Assembly (NCBI GenBank): GCA_039922995.1
Contig: JBDTDT010000045.1
Span: 16,657 to 80,656 of the forward strand
Direction of reading: 5' to 3'
Source: Nitrosospira sp.
GTDB taxonomy: Bacteria; Pseudomonadota; Gammaproteobacteria; Burkholderiales; Nitrosomonadaceae
Length of the DNA: 64,000 bases
Below the pieces are notes generated by a model. It saw only the letters and a list, made by a program, of their open reading frames with translations. It was not told the DNA's origin and searched no databases. Positions 10,455-22,320 of the stretch are shown piece after piece (the stretch's first letter is position 1; each line of letters starts with the position of its first letter). The translations under genes and the position numbers were made by a program.

Positions 10455-11333
10455 ATGGCTATTTTAATTGACCGGAATACCCGTGTCATGACTCAAGGCA
10501 TTACAGGTAAAACGGGGCAATTCCACACCCGCATGTGCCGCGATTATGCCAATGGAAAGAATTGCTTTGTCGCGGGGGTGAATCCGAAGAAACCTGGCCA
10601 GGATTTTGAGGGCATTCCCATTTATGCTACCGTCAGCGAAGCGAAGCAGGCGACCGGTGCGACTGTCTCGGTGATCTATGTGCCGCCGCTATTTGCCGCT
10701 GCCGCGATTGACGAAGCGGTGGATGCGGAACTGGATCTGGTGATCTGCATTACCGAGGGGATTCCGGTTCGCGATATGGTACGCACCTGCTTCAGGATGG
10801 AGGGAAGCAAAACCCGGTTGATCGGACCCAACTGCCCCGGCATTATTACGCCGGACGAAATCAAGATCGGCATCATGCCGGGTTATATCCACAAGAAAGG
10901 ACGTATCGGCGTAGTGTCGCGCTCCGGCACCCTGACGTATGAAGCGGTCGCACAATTGATGGAGCAGGGGCTTGGGCAATCAACCTGTATCGGCATTGGC
11001 GGTGACCCGGTGAATGGCTTGAAGCATCAGGATGTGATGAAACTGTTCAACGATGATGATGAAACCGATGCAGTTTTAATGGTGGGCGAAATTGGCGGTT
11101 CCGACGAGGAAGAGTGCGCCCGCTGGGTGAGGGGGAATATGAAGAAACCGGTAGTGGGCTTCATTGCAGGCGTGACTGCGCCGCAGGGCAGGCGCATGGG
11201 CCATGCCGGTGCGGTTATCTCCGGCGGTAGAGGTACGGCACAGGAGAAGCTCGCTGTAATGGAAGCGTGCGGGATTAAAGTCACACGTAACCCGGCAGAG
11301 ATGGGCAAGCTGCTAAAATCGGTGCTGCGATAA
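10455..11333 (+). CDS. sucD: Succinyl-CoA synthetase alpha subunit
   Basis: [23 protein letters not shown], phospho-His motif RMGHAGA. Confidence 0.97.
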   Translation: MAILIDRNTRVMTQGITGKTGQFHTRMCRDYANGKNCFVAGVNPKKPGQDFEGIPIYATVSEAKQATGATVSVIYVPPLFAAAAIDEAVDAELDLVICITEGIPVRDMVRTCFRMEGSKTRLIGPNCPGIITPDEIKIGIMPGYIHKKGRIGVVSRSGTLTYEAVAQLMEQGLGQSTCIGIGGDPVNGLKHQDVMKLFNDDDETDAVLMVGEIGGSDEEECARWVRGNMKKPVVGFIAGVTAPQGRRMGHAGAVISGGRGTAQEKLAVMEACGIKVTRNPAEMGKLLKSVLR

Positions 11334-11429
11334 TATAATGAAAGCTCCGCGCCTCTTCTGCCGGCTAATTCGGGGTTATTCAGGGATTTTTTATGAAAAA
11401 GGGGTAACAAAGATAATGGCCCTTTTGCA

Positions 11430-12353
11430 ATGATCTTATTCTCGTTGATCTTCGCTCTCCTGCTGGAGCAATGGCGGCCTGCGGGCGATCGCAACCCTGT
11501 CGCTTTGCTATTCCTTTCCTATGCTGACAGTCTGGAGCGATATTTCAATACCGGCGTGGGTCGCCATGGAGTGGCTGCATGGATTGCTGCAGTGGTCCCG
11601 GTATTGATATTTACAGGCTGGATCTATTATTTATTGTATGGCTTCAATCCATTGCTGGCGTGGGCATGGAACGTGGTGATTCTATATCTCACGATGGGTT
11701 TTCGCCAGTTCAGCGACTCATTCACCGAAATCAGGGATGCGCTCAAGAATGGCGATTTGCTTCTGGCTCGCAAACTATTGAAAGCGTGGCGCGGAGTACA
11801 AGCGGATGAATTGAGCAGCCAGGAAATTGCGCGGATTACTATTGAGCTGGCACTGATACATTCGCATAGACATGTATTCGGCATAATTATCTGTTTTGCC
11901 ATTTTTCCGGGACCGCTTGGGCCCGTGCTGTATCGCCTTGCGGACTTGTTGAACGAACGTTGGGGCGGTCACCTGGAACAGGAACCCGATGCATTTGGCC
12001 AGTTCGCTGCGAAGGCATTCGAGGTGATAGACTGGCTGCCCGCACGATCGACCGCCGTGAGTTTCGCCATCGCCGGCAATTTCGAGGATGCGGTTTATTG
12101 CTGGCGTGCACAGGCTGCATCATGGGTTGATCATGCTCAAGGAATCATTCTGGCCAGCGGTGCCGGCGCCCTCGGAGTCCTGCTGGGAGATTCGCTGCGT
12201 GACGCCGGGGGCAAGTACTATCGCCCGGAACTCGGGGTGGGCGATGAAGCCGACATGGATTTCCTGCAGAGTACGGTTGGCCTGATCTGGCGTACCCTGG
12301 TTTTGTGGCTTCTGCTACTTTTGCTGCTTGAGATTGCGAGTTGGATAGGGTAG
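11430..12353 (+). CDS. CobD/CbiB family membrane protein
   Basis: Multi-TM; HRHVFG, PGPLGPVLYRL, DWLPAR, FAIAGNFEDAVYCWR. Confidence 0.82.
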   Translation: MILFSLIFALLLEQWRPAGDRNPVALLFLSYADSLERYFNTGVGRHGVAAWIAAVVPVLIFTGWIYYLLYGFNPLLAWAWNVVILYLTMGFRQFSDSFTEIRDALKNGDLLLARKLLKAWRGVQADELSSQEIARITIELALIHSHRHVFGIIICFAIFPGPLGPVLYRLADLLNERWGGHLEQEPDAFGQFAAKAFEVIDWLPARSTAVSFAIAGNFEDAVYCWRAQAASWVDHAQGIILASGAGALGVLLGDSLRDAGGKYYRPELGVGDEADMDFLQSTVGLIWRTLVLWLLLLLLLEIASWIG

Positions 12354-12421
12354 AAGATGAGCGGATTACTAATTACCGGATTGCTTACGCTGCATAATTA
12401 AACCACCTTGAAAGACTTCCT

Positions 12422-13945
12422 ATGCCAGAACCATTAGTGATCGCCAATTCCCGCCATGAAATCGCTTTGCTGCCTGGCCTCGCCAATCGGCATGGGTTGA
12501 TTACCGGTGCAACCGGCACCGGCAAAACCGTTACGCTGCAGCTATTGGCCGAACGGTTCTCATCAATTGGCGTGCCGGTATTTATGGCCGACGTCAAAGG
12601 CGACCTCGCAGGTCTTGCTGCTCCAGGCGCGGGTTCGCAGAAAATAAAAGAGCGGCTCGCGCAACTCAAGCTTGATGAGCCGCAATGGGGAGCTTGTCCG
12701 GTCACGTTCTGGGATATATATGGAAAATCCGGACATCCGGTACGTGCGACAATTTCCGATATGGGGCCGCTGCTGCTGGGCCGGCTATTCAATCTGAACG
12801 ATACGCAACAGGGCGTGCTGGCATTGGTATTCAAGATTGCGGATGATAATGGATTGCTGCTGCTCGACATGAAAGATCTACGTGCGATGTTGCAGTTTGT
12901 CGGTGATAACGCAAAGAATTTCACTGTTCAGTATGGCAATATTTCAGCTGCGTCGGTGGGTGCAATCCAGCGATCGCTGCTTGAAATCGAGCAACAAGGC
13001 GGCGATAGTTTCTTTGGCGAGTCGATGCTCGATATCAATGATCTGATGCAGACCGATCGAGAGGGCCGGGGCATGATCAATATTATGGCTGCAGACAAGC
13101 TGATGAATTCGCCCAAGCTGTATTCGACGTTCCTGCTGTGGATATTGTCTGAACTGTTTGAGCACCTGCCGGAAATTGGCGATCCCGACAAACCGAAACT
13201 GGTGTTCTTCTTTGACGAAGCCCACCTTTTGTTCAACGAAGCACCCAAGCCGCTGCTTGAGAAAATCGAGCAGGTGGTGCGATTGATCCGCTCCAAGGGA
13301 GTCGGGGTATATTTTGTGACACAAAATCCGCTGGATGTTCCCCAGAGTGTTCTGGGTCAGCTTGGCAACCGCGTTCAACATGCGCTGCGTGCATTTACGC
13401 CGCGCGACCAGAAAGGCGTCAGATCCGCAGCTCAAACCATGCGCGCAAATCCCGACTTCGATACCGAGAAAGCCATTACGGAACTCTCGGTCGGCGAAGC
13501 GCTTGTATCCCTGTTGGATGAGAAAGGTAGTCCCGGTATTGTTGAACGTGCGTTCATCTTGCCGCCCGCATCCAGAATAGGTCCGGTGACCGAGGCGGAA
13601 CGCACAGCCATCATCAAATCATCGGTTATTTTTGGCCACTACGAACAGGTAGTGGATCGCGAATCGGCCTATGAAATAATCAAAAGCCGCACCGCAGTCA
13701 AGCAGGCGCCTGAGAACGTGGCAATGCCGCAGGGAGACGGGGCAGCGCAGAACGCCCAGACGGGCGGAATGATGGACATGCTGGGTGATATGTTTCTCAG
13801 CAAGACCGGCCCACGCGGCGGATATCATCCGGGTATTCTTGATTCGGTCGCTAAAAGTGCGGCGCGTTCGATTGGCTCGCAGGTCGGCCGCGAGATCTTC
13901 CGGGGAGTTTTGGGAGGTATCTTCGGTGGCGGGCGGAGGCGTTGA
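12422..13945 (+). CDS. HerA-like ATPase, DUF853/YjgR family
   Basis: [54 protein letters not shown]. Confidence 0.92.
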   Translation: MPEPLVIANSRHEIALLPGLANRHGLITGATGTGKTVTLQLLAERFSSIGVPVFMADVKGDLAGLAAPGAGSQKIKERLAQLKLDEPQWGACPVTFWDIYGKSGHPVRATISDMGPLLLGRLFNLNDTQQGVLALVFKIADDNGLLLLDMKDLRAMLQFVGDNAKNFTVQYGNISAASVGAIQRSLLEIEQQGGDSFFGESMLDINDLMQTDREGRGMINIMAADKLMNSPKLYSTFLLWILSELFEHLPEIGDPDKPKLVFFFDEAHLLFNEAPKPLLEKIEQVVRLIRSKGVGVYFVTQNPLDVPQSVLGQLGNRVQHALRAFTPRDQKGVRSAAQTMRANPDFDTEKAITELSVGEALVSLLDEKGSPGIVERAFILPPASRIGPVTEAERTAIIKSSVIFGHYEQVVDRESAYEIIKSRTAVKQAPENVAMPQGDGAAQNAQTGGMMDMLGDMFLSKTGPRGGYHPGILDSVAKSAARSIGSQVGREIFRGVLGGIFGGGRRR

Positions 13946-14069
13946 TCACTTCAATATATAACAATACTGTGTAGACGTCGGGGCGGAGTCAGCGCGATGG
14001 GTGGTAGGCTGCCGTTAGCCTTAGTGGATGGTTAACCGAAGACAGCTTTGTATCAGGAAGGGGAGAGTG

Positions 14070-14345
14070 ATGCGTCTGATCGTAGCGGTTTTTTTTATTT
14101 TTATAGTTGTCGGCTGTACCACGACAGGGCAGAGCCAGCGCCCGGCGGGACCGTTACCGCCAAGTACCCGGCCCGCATACAATCTTACCGGCTACTCGGC
14201 CGCCTTCAAGGATGGCTATATCGATGGATGCGAAACCGCCAAGAAAACGTCTTACGGACTAAAGGATGAGCGCCGTTTTTCTGCCGACAGCCAGTATCGA
14301 ATGGGCTGGAACGACGGATTCGGCGTATGTCGCAGTAAACGATAA
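14070..14345 (+). CDS. Small predicted lipoprotein
   Basis: Hydrophobic signal with lipobox VVGC; FKDGYIDGC...YRMGWNDGFGVC; purine-rich RBS. Confidence 0.75.
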   Translation: MRLIVAVFFIFIVVGCTTTGQSQRPAGPLPPSTRPAYNLTGYSAAFKDGYIDGCETAKKTSYGLKDERRFSADSQYRMGWNDGFGVCRSKR

Positions 14346-14509
14346 ACCTTCGCAGCAGATACCCGGGCCTGGCGAGATTACTGCAGGCTGCGTCTTCGCG
14401 ATAAATGTAGCGCTTTCCGGCGATACTTCTGGCGCACCAAACCGCGAAAAAGACGCAGGTAACGTGTTATACGCGGGTGAGATATAATAACGTTTTTTGC
14501 AGCTTGCCA

Positions 14510-15652
14510 ATGAAACGTTTACTTCCATTATTGCTATGCCTCTTTGCGCTTCCCGTTGCCGCCCAAAAATCCCAGTATGACGTGGCGCCCCCTCCTGCTC
14601 TGTCCGTAGCTGCCAAATCTTATATTCTTACCGACTTTCAAAGTGGGCAGACCTTGGCCAGCCAGAATGTTCACGAACGCGTGGAACCTGCATCGCTTAC
14701 CAAGTTGATGACCGCACATGTGGTTTTTTCAGCTCTTCAGCAGAAGCGCATCACGCTGACCCAAGTCGTGCCCGTGTCGGATCGAGCCTGGCGCGCACAA
14801 GGCTCGCGGATGTTTGTCGAACCTGGCAGACCCGTGACGGTTGACGAATTAATACGCGGCATGATCGTGCAGTCCGGTAATGATGCATGTATAGCGCTGG
14901 CGGAAGCTGTCGCAGGTTCGGAGGGTGCCTTCGTGCACATGATGAACAAGGAAGCGGGACGGTTGGGAATGAAGAACACTCGCTTCGCAAATTCCACCGG
15001 GCTTCCGAATCCCGAGCATTACACGACTGCTTACGATCTCGCTTTACTGGCAGCAGCCATGATCCGTGATTTTCCGGAGTACTACCCGCTTTATTCACAA
15101 CGAGAGTACACATACAATAAAATCACCCAATCTAATCGCAATCGTCTGCTGTGGCTCGACCCCAACGTGGATGGTCTCAAGACAGGCCACACCGAAGCTG
15201 CCGGTTACTGTCTCATTACGTCAGCCAGGCGCGGAGAGCGGCGGTTAATTTCGGTGGTGATGGGTACCGATTCCGATAATGCGCGTACCATGGAAAGCCA
15301 GCGCCTGTTGAATCATGGGTTCCAGTTCTATGATACGGTGCAGCTGTATCGGAAGGAGCGTGAGGTGATTGCCATCCATATATGGAAGGGCGCACAGAAC
15401 AAGCTCAAGACGGGGTTCGGCCACGATGTTTATGTCTCGCTTCCCAAAGGCCAGGCTGATAAGCTGAAAGCCAAGATGGAGTATAAGCAACCTTTGATTG
15501 CCCCCGTCAATGCCGGGCAAAAAGTAGGGGTGGTGAAGTTCACGCTCGATGGCAAGGCGATGGCGGAGCACCCCCTGGTGGCGCTTGAAACCGTGGGTGT
15601 GGCGAATATGTTCGGTCGCGCCTGGGATAGCATGCAGTTGTTTTTTAATTAG
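14510..15652 (+). CDS. dacC: D-alanyl-D-alanine carboxypeptidase (PBP5/6)
   Basis: ASLTK (SxxK), SGN (SxN), LKTGHT; signal peptide. Confidence 0.92.
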   Translation: MKRLLPLLLCLFALPVAAQKSQYDVAPPPALSVAAKSYILTDFQSGQTLASQNVHERVEPASLTKLMTAHVVFSALQQKRITLTQVVPVSDRAWRAQGSRMFVEPGRPVTVDELIRGMIVQSGNDACIALAEAVAGSEGAFVHMMNKEAGRLGMKNTRFANSTGLPNPEHYTTAYDLALLAAAMIRDFPEYYPLYSQREYTYNKITQSNRNRLLWLDPNVDGLKTGHTEAAGYCLITSARRGERRLISVVMGTDSDNARTMESQRLLNHGFQFYDTVQLYRKEREVIAIHIWKGAQNKLKTGFGHDVYVSLPKGQADKLKAKMEYKQPLIAPVNAGQKVGVVKFTLDGKAMAEHPLVALETVGVANMFGRAWDSMQLFFN

Positions 15653-15705
15653 CAGGAACCGGTGCGTATAACGCCCCACTATGGGTTTTATCTAAAAGGA
15701 TCATC

Positions 15706-16551
15706 ATGATTTATCTCAACGGTGATTTCATGCCTCTCGAGGAAGCCCGCATCCCGGTGCTGGACAGGGGTTTTATTTTCGGTGACGGCGTATACGAAGT
15801 AATCCCCGTGTATTCTCGCAAGCCTTTTCGCCTGGCCGAACACCTGCTCCGCTTGCAGCACAGCCTTGATGGCATTCGCCTGCAAAATCCACATTCCGAC
15901 GATGAATGGAGCCGTCTGGTGGAGCAAATCATAGTCCGTAACGAAAGCGATGATCAATACCTTTACCTTCATGTCACCCGTGGCGTGGCCAAACGCGATC
16001 ATGCTTTTCCGAAAGGAGTCATGCCCACGGTATTCATCATGAGCAACCCGCTGCTGGCGCCGCCAAGAGAGTGGCTCGTTAACGGAGTTGCCGCCATTAC
16101 AGCCAGCGACAATCGATGGTTGCGCTGCGATATTAAGGCCATTTCGCTGTTGCCCAATGTGTTGTTACGGCAAATGGCGGTTGACGCTGGTGCGGTGGAA
16201 ACGGTGCTGCTGCGCGAAGGTTTTATGACCGAGGGTGCGGCCAGCAATATTTTTGTGGTAAAGAACGGCACTTTACTGGCTCCGCCAAAAGATCATTTGA
16301 TGCTGCCCGGTATTACTTATGACGTCGTACTTGAACTGGCGGTAGCCCATGATATTCCGCATGAGGTGAGAGCGATTTCAGAGTATGAGGTGCGTACCGC
16401 GCAGGAACTCTTGTTGACATCCTCCACCAAGGAAATCATGGCCATCACTCATCTTGACGGCAAACCGGTGGGCGACGGCGAACCCGGATCAATGTTTTCC
16501 CTGCTGCACCAGCTCTACCAGAATTACAAGACCACCATAATGCGGTGCTGA
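15706..16551 (+). CDS. dat: D-amino acid aminotransferase (class IV PLP enzyme)
   Basis: LDRGFIFGDGVYE, DIKAISLLPN, EGAASN, LPGIT. Confidence 0.9.
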   Translation: MIYLNGDFMPLEEARIPVLDRGFIFGDGVYEVIPVYSRKPFRLAEHLLRLQHSLDGIRLQNPHSDDEWSRLVEQIIVRNESDDQYLYLHVTRGVAKRDHAFPKGVMPTVFIMSNPLLAPPREWLVNGVAAITASDNRWLRCDIKAISLLPNVLLRQMAVDAGAVETVLLREGFMTEGAASNIFVVKNGTLLAPPKDHLMLPGITYDVVLELAVAHDIPHEVRAISEYEVRTAQELLLTSSTKEIMAITHLDGKPVGDGEPGSMFSLLHQLYQNYKTTIMRC

Positions 16552-16949
16552 ATGTTGAACATCTAAAAAATATTCACGCTGTGAGTACGTCCGATCAGCC
16601 CTCCTTAATCAAGTATCCCTGCGATTTTCCCATCAAAATCATGGGACGGGTGGATGGCTTGCCCGTAAAACCGAAGGTTCGCCCGGAACGCGACGCTGTT
16701 TCGCCTTTTATCCGGGATGATTCTGCCGCTGGGGCAACGATGTATGGGCGGCAGGATTTCGTACAGAGGGTGATGATGATCGTGAAACGTCATGCTCCCG
16801 ATTTTGATGAGGCAAGCCTGGAGTTCAAGCTCAGCAAGAAGAATACTTATCTGAGCCTTACCTGCACGGTTCGCGCCATTTCACGCGCACAAATGGATGC
16901 GCTATATCAGGAGCTTTGCGATTGCCCGATGGTGGTAATGGTACTTTGA
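16545..16949 (+). CDS. ybeD: YbeD/DUF493 family protein with an internal insertion
   Basis: YPCDFPIKIMG...YLSLTCTV...QMDALYQEL; conserved position before lipB. Confidence 0.82.
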   Translation: MLNVEHLKNIHAVSTSDQPSLIKYPCDFPIKIMGRVDGLPVKPKVRPERDAVSPFIRDDSAAGATMYGRQDFVQRVMMIVKRHAPDFDEASLEFKLSKKNTYLSLTCTVRAISRAQMDALYQELCDCPMVVMVL

Positions 16950-16997
16950 ATTCCGCCTCCTGAATGCTTCGGGGACAGACGTCCGGAGTACGAATTT

Positions 16998-17693
16998 ATG
17001 CTTAAGCAAGAGACTGAAAAATCCAGCGCCAAAATCAGATATGCCGGCTTGGTGGATTATGTATCCACCTGGCAGGCAATGAAGAATTTCACCATAGCTC
17101 GCACGGAGGGCACGCCTGATGAAATCTGGCTACTGCAGCATCCTCCGGTTTATACCCAAGGCATCGCAGGCAAGCCGGAACACCTGCTCTACAACGACGG
17201 CATTATCGTGATCCGGACCGATCGTGGCGGACAAATCACCTATCACGGTCCCGGCCAGATTGTTGCCTACCTGCTGCTGGATATGCGCCGCCTCAAACTC
17301 GGCGTGCGCGAACTGGTCAGAAAGATTGAGAGCGCCGTGGTAGACTTGCTGCAGGATTATCGCATCGAGGCAGAGGGGCGCGTGGATGCCCCCGGCGTGT
17401 ATGTGGCTGGCGCCAAAATCGCGGCGCTGGGTTTGAAAATAAAGAATGGCTATTGCTATCACGGTCTGGCGCTCAATGTAGACATGGACCTGAGTCCATT
17501 TGCCGCAATTAATCCCTGTGGCTATCCGGGTTTGCAGGTAACTCAAACCCGAGACCTCGGGATAACGGACGGGCTGGAGATACTGAGCAGTAAACTTGCG
17601 GATAAGCTGCAAATGAGGCTTGGAGAAGCCCGAAAATTCGAGGATATGAATTTATTGAATGACACTATCGAGGACCGAGCTTTCTTGCCATGA
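16998..17693 (+). CDS. lipB: Octanoyltransferase
   Basis: [40 protein letters not shown]. Confidence 0.96.
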   Translation: MLKQETEKSSAKIRYAGLVDYVSTWQAMKNFTIARTEGTPDEIWLLQHPPVYTQGIAGKPEHLLYNDGIIVIRTDRGGQITYHGPGQIVAYLLLDMRRLKLGVRELVRKIESAVVDLLQDYRIEAEGRVDAPGVYVAGAKIAALGLKIKNGYCYHGLALNVDMDLSPFAAINPCGYPGLQVTQTRDLGITDGLEILSSKLADKLQMRLGEARKFEDMNLLNDTIEDRAFLP

Positions 17694-18634
17694 CAATTGA
17701 GTCCCGCCAGAAGGGTGCGGCTAAAACTGCCCGTAACCCAATCAAGATTGAACCGCAATCCCAGGGTGAATTGCTGCGCAAACCATCGTGGATCCGGGTG
17801 CGCTCATCCAACAGCCGTGAGTTCTACGAAGTCAAGCGGATTTTGCGGGAGCAAAAACTCCATACCGTATGTGAGGAGGCTTCCTGTCCCAATATCGGCG
17901 AGTGTTTCGGCAAAGGTACCGCGACCTTCATGATCCTGGGTGATCTTTGCACCCGCCGGTGTCCATTCTGCGACGTGGCACATGGCAGGCCGGCGCCGCC
18001 CGATGCCGATGAGCCATTGCATCTGGCACAATCCATTGCCGCCATGAAGCTTAAATACGTTGTCATTACCAGTGTCGATCGCGACGATCTGCGCGATGGC
18101 GGCGCCCAGCATTTCGTGGATTGCATACGCCAGGTCAGAATCCATTCGCCGCAGACAAAAATAGAAGTTCTCGTACCCGATTTCCGCGGACGACTGGAAG
18201 TCGCCCTGGAAAAATTATTCGCGTCTCCCCCTGATGTATTGAACCACAATCTTGAAACCGTGCCGCGGCTCTACAAGCAGTGCCGGCCTGGTGCGGACTA
18301 TGTGCATTCACTCAGGCTGTTAAAGGATTTCAAGGCGCGTTTTCCAGGAATACCTACTAAATCCGGATTAATGCTGGGCTTAGGGGAAACCGATGAGGAA
18401 ATTCTCGAAGTGCTGCGCGACTTGCGCAAACACGATGTCGAGATGCTTACGATCGGTCAATATCTGCAACCCAGCATTGGACATTTGCCTGTGTTGCGCT
18501 ATGTATCGCCGGATGGGTTCAAGGAATTCGAACGTGCCGCGATTGAGATGGGCTTCAGCAATGCTGCCTGTGGTCCGATGGTGCGCTCAAGTTACCATGC
18601 CGACCAGCAGGCGCATGAAGCTGGCATCGCATAG
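17690..18634 (+). CDS. lipA: Lipoyl synthase
   Basis: [12 protein letters not shown] and radical [11 protein letters not shown]; RSSY C-terminal motif. Confidence 0.97.
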   Translation: MTIESRQKGAAKTARNPIKIEPQSQGELLRKPSWIRVRSSNSREFYEVKRILREQKLHTVCEEASCPNIGECFGKGTATFMILGDLCTRRCPFCDVAHGRPAPPDADEPLHLAQSIAAMKLKYVVITSVDRDDLRDGGAQHFVDCIRQVRIHSPQTKIEVLVPDFRGRLEVALEKLFASPPDVLNHNLETVPRLYKQCRPGADYVHSLRLLKDFKARFPGIPTKSGLMLGLGETDEEILEVLRDLRKHDVEMLTIGQYLQPSIGHLPVLRYVSPDGFKEFERAAIEMGFSNAACGPMVRSSYHADQQAHEAGIA

Positions 18635-18726
18635 CTACTGATAATAAAAGCATCGATTCAACCCCATAAAATATAACGGCAGGGTTTTTGCGAATAATAA
18701 AGCGAGCATTCAACCGGAGTATTTTA

Positions 18727-19407
18727 ATGCGTACGATCATTGCTCTTTTTGTTTGGCTTTTTGTTTCAATGCCCGCATTGGCTACGGGGATCAGCGCCCT
18801 TTCGGAAGAAGACGCGGCCAATGGCCTGAAGCAAGCACTCACTCAAGGCGCTGGGGTTGCGGTGAACAAGCTGGGGGTGGCGAATGGATTTCTTAAGAAT
18901 CCTGAAGTCAAGATTCAATTGCCCGGGGCCTTGCAACAAGTGGGGGGAGTCATGCGTTCCTTGGGCATGGGTAAATATGCCGAAGGGTTGATCGCGGCGA
19001 TGAATCATACCGCGGAAACCGCAACAGCCGAGGCCGGATCGCTCCTGGCGGATGCGGTGAAAAAGATGCCGGCTGAGGACGCAAAAAAGATCCTGGCTGG
19101 CGGCGATAAGGCAGCCACGCAATACTTCCGGGAAACCACTTCAGATGAGCTTTCTCAAAAGTTTCTTCCGATCGTCAAGAAGGCGACGGATCAGGTGGGC
19201 CTGCTCAGAAAATATAATGAATTCGCCGGAAAGGGCGCAAAACTTGGCCTGGTGGCAGAAAAAGATGCCAACATCGAAAGCTACGTTACCCAAAAAACAC
19301 TGGAAGGTATTTATTTGATCATGGCGGAAGAGGAACACCTCATCCGTAACGATCCGATGGGTCAGGAGAACGAGCTGCTGCGGAAAGTATTTGGATCATT
19401 GAAATAA
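18727..19407 (+). CDS. DUF4197 family exported protein
   Basis: Signal peptide; GLKQAL...GF...KIQLP, ATQYF, YVTQKTLEG...MAEEE..IR.DP...LLRKVFG. Confidence 0.85.
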   Translation: MRTIIALFVWLFVSMPALATGISALSEEDAANGLKQALTQGAGVAVNKLGVANGFLKNPEVKIQLPGALQQVGGVMRSLGMGKYAEGLIAAMNHTAETATAEAGSLLADAVKKMPAEDAKKILAGGDKAATQYFRETTSDELSQKFLPIVKKATDQVGLLRKYNEFAGKGAKLGLVAEKDANIESYVTQKTLEGIYLIMAEEEHLIRNDPMGQENELLRKVFGSLK

Positions 19408-20054
19408 GATTCCGGCGCCGGTTAGGGTTCCTGCACCACCCTTGGTTGTATCTTCTGGTAATTTCTTGGCAAGCCAGTCAATCAAGTCCTCGATCATTTT
19501 GTCGCTTGCTTCCGTCAAGGCGCGTACCGCGCCTGCGGCATTGGCCGTGGGGGCTGCGCGTTCCACGCTGAAGCTGGTGTTGAGCCAATAACAAGCGAGT
19601 GCTGCGCTTGATGAGGCTTGCCCGCAACCTGACGACCGGGCGGCTCCGATCAGCGGTATCGAATACCTGGGTAAATTCCTCCAGTTCAAGCCGCAATGCA
19701 ATTCGCCCGCACATCGTCATTGGCGCTTACGACGCCGTCGCTGCTGGCGGCGGCGATTCGGCTTTTGATCCGCTGATTAAGCAGGTTGGCGGGTGCTGCC
19801 GCCCAGCGGCTGTTCGCGTAGCTATATTATCGGGCAGGATTGTAGTATGCCAGCCGATATTGAATCGCCGGGCTATCCAGCCAGGCGGAGGACGCCGCCG
19901 TCACCAGCAGGCTTGCCGGTAGCGGTTGAGGGGATGGGTCAGCTGTGCTGGATGCGGGTTGCAAATCGAAATCGTATATTGCTGCGGGTGCCTGAGCTCG
20001 AGGTACTGCACATCCGGCGAGCATCACTATTGCAACAACTGGATATATTCTCAT
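19396..20054 (-). pseudogene. ABC-type transport auxiliary lipoprotein (PqiC-like), disrupted
   Basis: Lipobox LAGC; in-frame TAA at 19827-19829, then YANSRW; frameshifts near 19700 and 19575 (LELEEFTQVFD; AAPTANAAGAVRAL). Confidence 0.82.
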
Positions 20055-20964
20055 TCGAAAGTTCCTTGAGGCGATACAAAACCATCTTCTCCCGGACCCG
20101 GCAACGGCGGCGATCTTCCGAACACCAAACTTCGGGGTTGCTCTTCAAGTTGCAGAAGGAAGCGATCCACGCTTAGGGTGCTGCGTGTAATGCTCTCGGT
20201 GGCTTCACGCAGTTTGTGCATAGTGTCGGCAAGTTCTCTCCGGCAGTTTGCGACAGGTTATCAATGGTACTTCCCTGCTGATTTACTTTTGCCATGATCT
20301 GGTTAAGGTCGATTACCAGCTGATCGGTATGCTTCAATACTGAACTTGCGTCGGCGGCCAAGCCGGGCAAGGATTTGAGTCTGGGCTCCAGTTGGCTGAC
20401 GGCGCTGCGCAGATGCCCGGTTACACCTTCCGTATTCTCCAGTATGTGCGAGAAGCGGCCCCGATTCTGACCGCTAAGGAGTAGATTCAGCCGCTCTACC
20501 AATCCGCTCGTATCGCTGAGCAGGCGTTTGCCCGACTCGGTTATGTTATCCAGTGCGGAGGGACGAAAGGGAATCTGCGCAGGATGGTCTGCGTCTGTGC
20601 GCAACCTTTCGGTTTGTTTTCCGTCGTCGTTCAATTGCACGAACGCAAGGCCTGTCAACCCCTGGTAACCCAATTGCGCATAGGCATTGCGGGTGAGCGG
20701 CAGATCCTGATCGACAGCGATACGGATGAGAATGGAGTGCGGGTCTTCCGGATCGAGACGGATGCTTTCCACCTTACCCACGCTTACTCCACGATAACGC
20801 ACCACCGCCTGGGGATTAAGTCCCGTAATCGGGAATTCGGATACGAGGAGATATTTATCGCGCGTGGCGGTTCCGCCGCTGAACCACATGGCAACGGCCG
20901 CCACCGCTATACTCAGTAAAATTACAAATAAACCCGCTGCAAGGGCATGGGCACGGTTTTCCAT
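20051..20964 (-). pseudogene. MlaD/MCE family protein, frameshifted near the 3' end
   Basis: MENRAHALAAGLF, GLNPQAVVRYRGVSVGKV, QGLTGLAFVQL; shift near 20238 restores LEEQPRSLVFG...PGPGEDGF*. Confidence 0.85.
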
Positions 20965-20973
20965 AATGGCTCC

Positions 20974-21755
20974 CTATAATGCATCGCCGGTATTTCCCAG
21001 CGCTTTCTTGCCACGATCGCCGCGGAAAAAATTTGTGATAAACGGATGATTTGCGCCAACCACTTCCTGCAGGCTGCCCAGCGCCACGATGCGCTGATCC
21101 GCCAGGACGGCGACGCGATCGGAAAGCGCTACAAGCGTATCCAGATCATGCGTCGCCATGACGATGGTGAAGGTCAATTCGGTACGCATCGTTTGTATCA
21201 GCTTGACGAAGCCATCGCTAAGCTCCGGATCCAGACCCCGGTGGGTTCATCCAGGAAAAGCAATTCCGGATCCAGCGCCATGGCTCGAGCCAATGCAATG
21301 CGTTTGACCATGCCGCCGGAGAGCTCGGCAGGCATCTTGCTCACATGCTGCGTTCCGATATCCACCATTTTCAGCTTGAGCATGACCAGTTCGCATATCA
21401 CGCCTTCATCCAGCGTGTGCAACTCGCGCATCGGCAGCGCGATATTGTCATATACGGATAGTGCGCTGAATAATGCACCTTTTTGAAACAGCACTCCACA
21501 GCGGTTGCGCATGGATTGCAATTCTCTACGGTCGTGACCGTGCAGCGGTTCACCAAACACCCGAACCGTACCCTGGCTCGGCATTTCCAGACCCAGCATC
21601 TGCCGCATCAAGGCAGTCTTGCCACTGCCGGAACCTCCTACGAGCGCCAGCACTTCTCCCCGGCGCACGCAAAGGTTAATGTTTTTGTGAACCATATGGC
21701 TGCCGAAGCGGGTATATAACCCTTCGACCTCGATGATGCATCCTTCGTTCGTCAT
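20974..21755 (-). pseudogene. MlaF-like ABC ATP-binding protein, frameshifted
   Basis: GGSGSGKT, LSGGM, LFLDEPT, then a 1-nt deletion near 21240 (expected DEPTAGLDP); ATHDL continues in the other frame. Confidence 0.87.
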
Positions 21756-21767
21756 CGGATTATTGCC

Positions 21768-22320
21768 CTACTTGAGTCCGACGTTGGAAAAAACAATGGC
21801 GAAAATCGCATCTATAATAATAATGACGGTGATTGCGGTCACGACTGAATTTGTGGTGCCTTCACCCAGGCTTTCCGCATTGGATTTGATCCGCAAGCCG
21901 AAATGACAGGAAATCAGTGCAATTACCATGCCGCAGACAGCGCCCTTGCCCAAACCCAGCTACAAATTGGCAACTGGTACCACATCCGGCAGTTTATTCA
22001 AAAAGAACTGATAACTCAGTCCCAGCCGAATTTCAGCGACCACCATTCCTCCTATGAGTGCGACGGTGCTGGTCCATAACACCACCAGCGGCATCGCGAT
22101 TCCCAGCGCCATGACTTTCGGGAGAATCAGCCGCAGACTATGGGGTATCCCCATTACGGTCAGCGCATCCAATTCTTCGGTTACTTTCATCACGCCCAGC
22201 TGCGCGGTCATGGAAGAGCCGGAACGTCCGGCTACAAGTATTGCAGCAAGCATCGGGCCAAGTTCACGGATGACGCTGATGTCGAAAATATTGATAATGA
22301 ATATATCGGCACCAAATGAC
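21768..22320 (-). pseudogene. MlaE-like ABC permease, 5'-truncated with an in-frame stop
   Basis: FGADIF...RELGPMLAAILVAGRSGSSMTAQLGVMKVTEELDAL; TAG at 21960-21962; homology stops near 22320. Confidence 0.87.
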
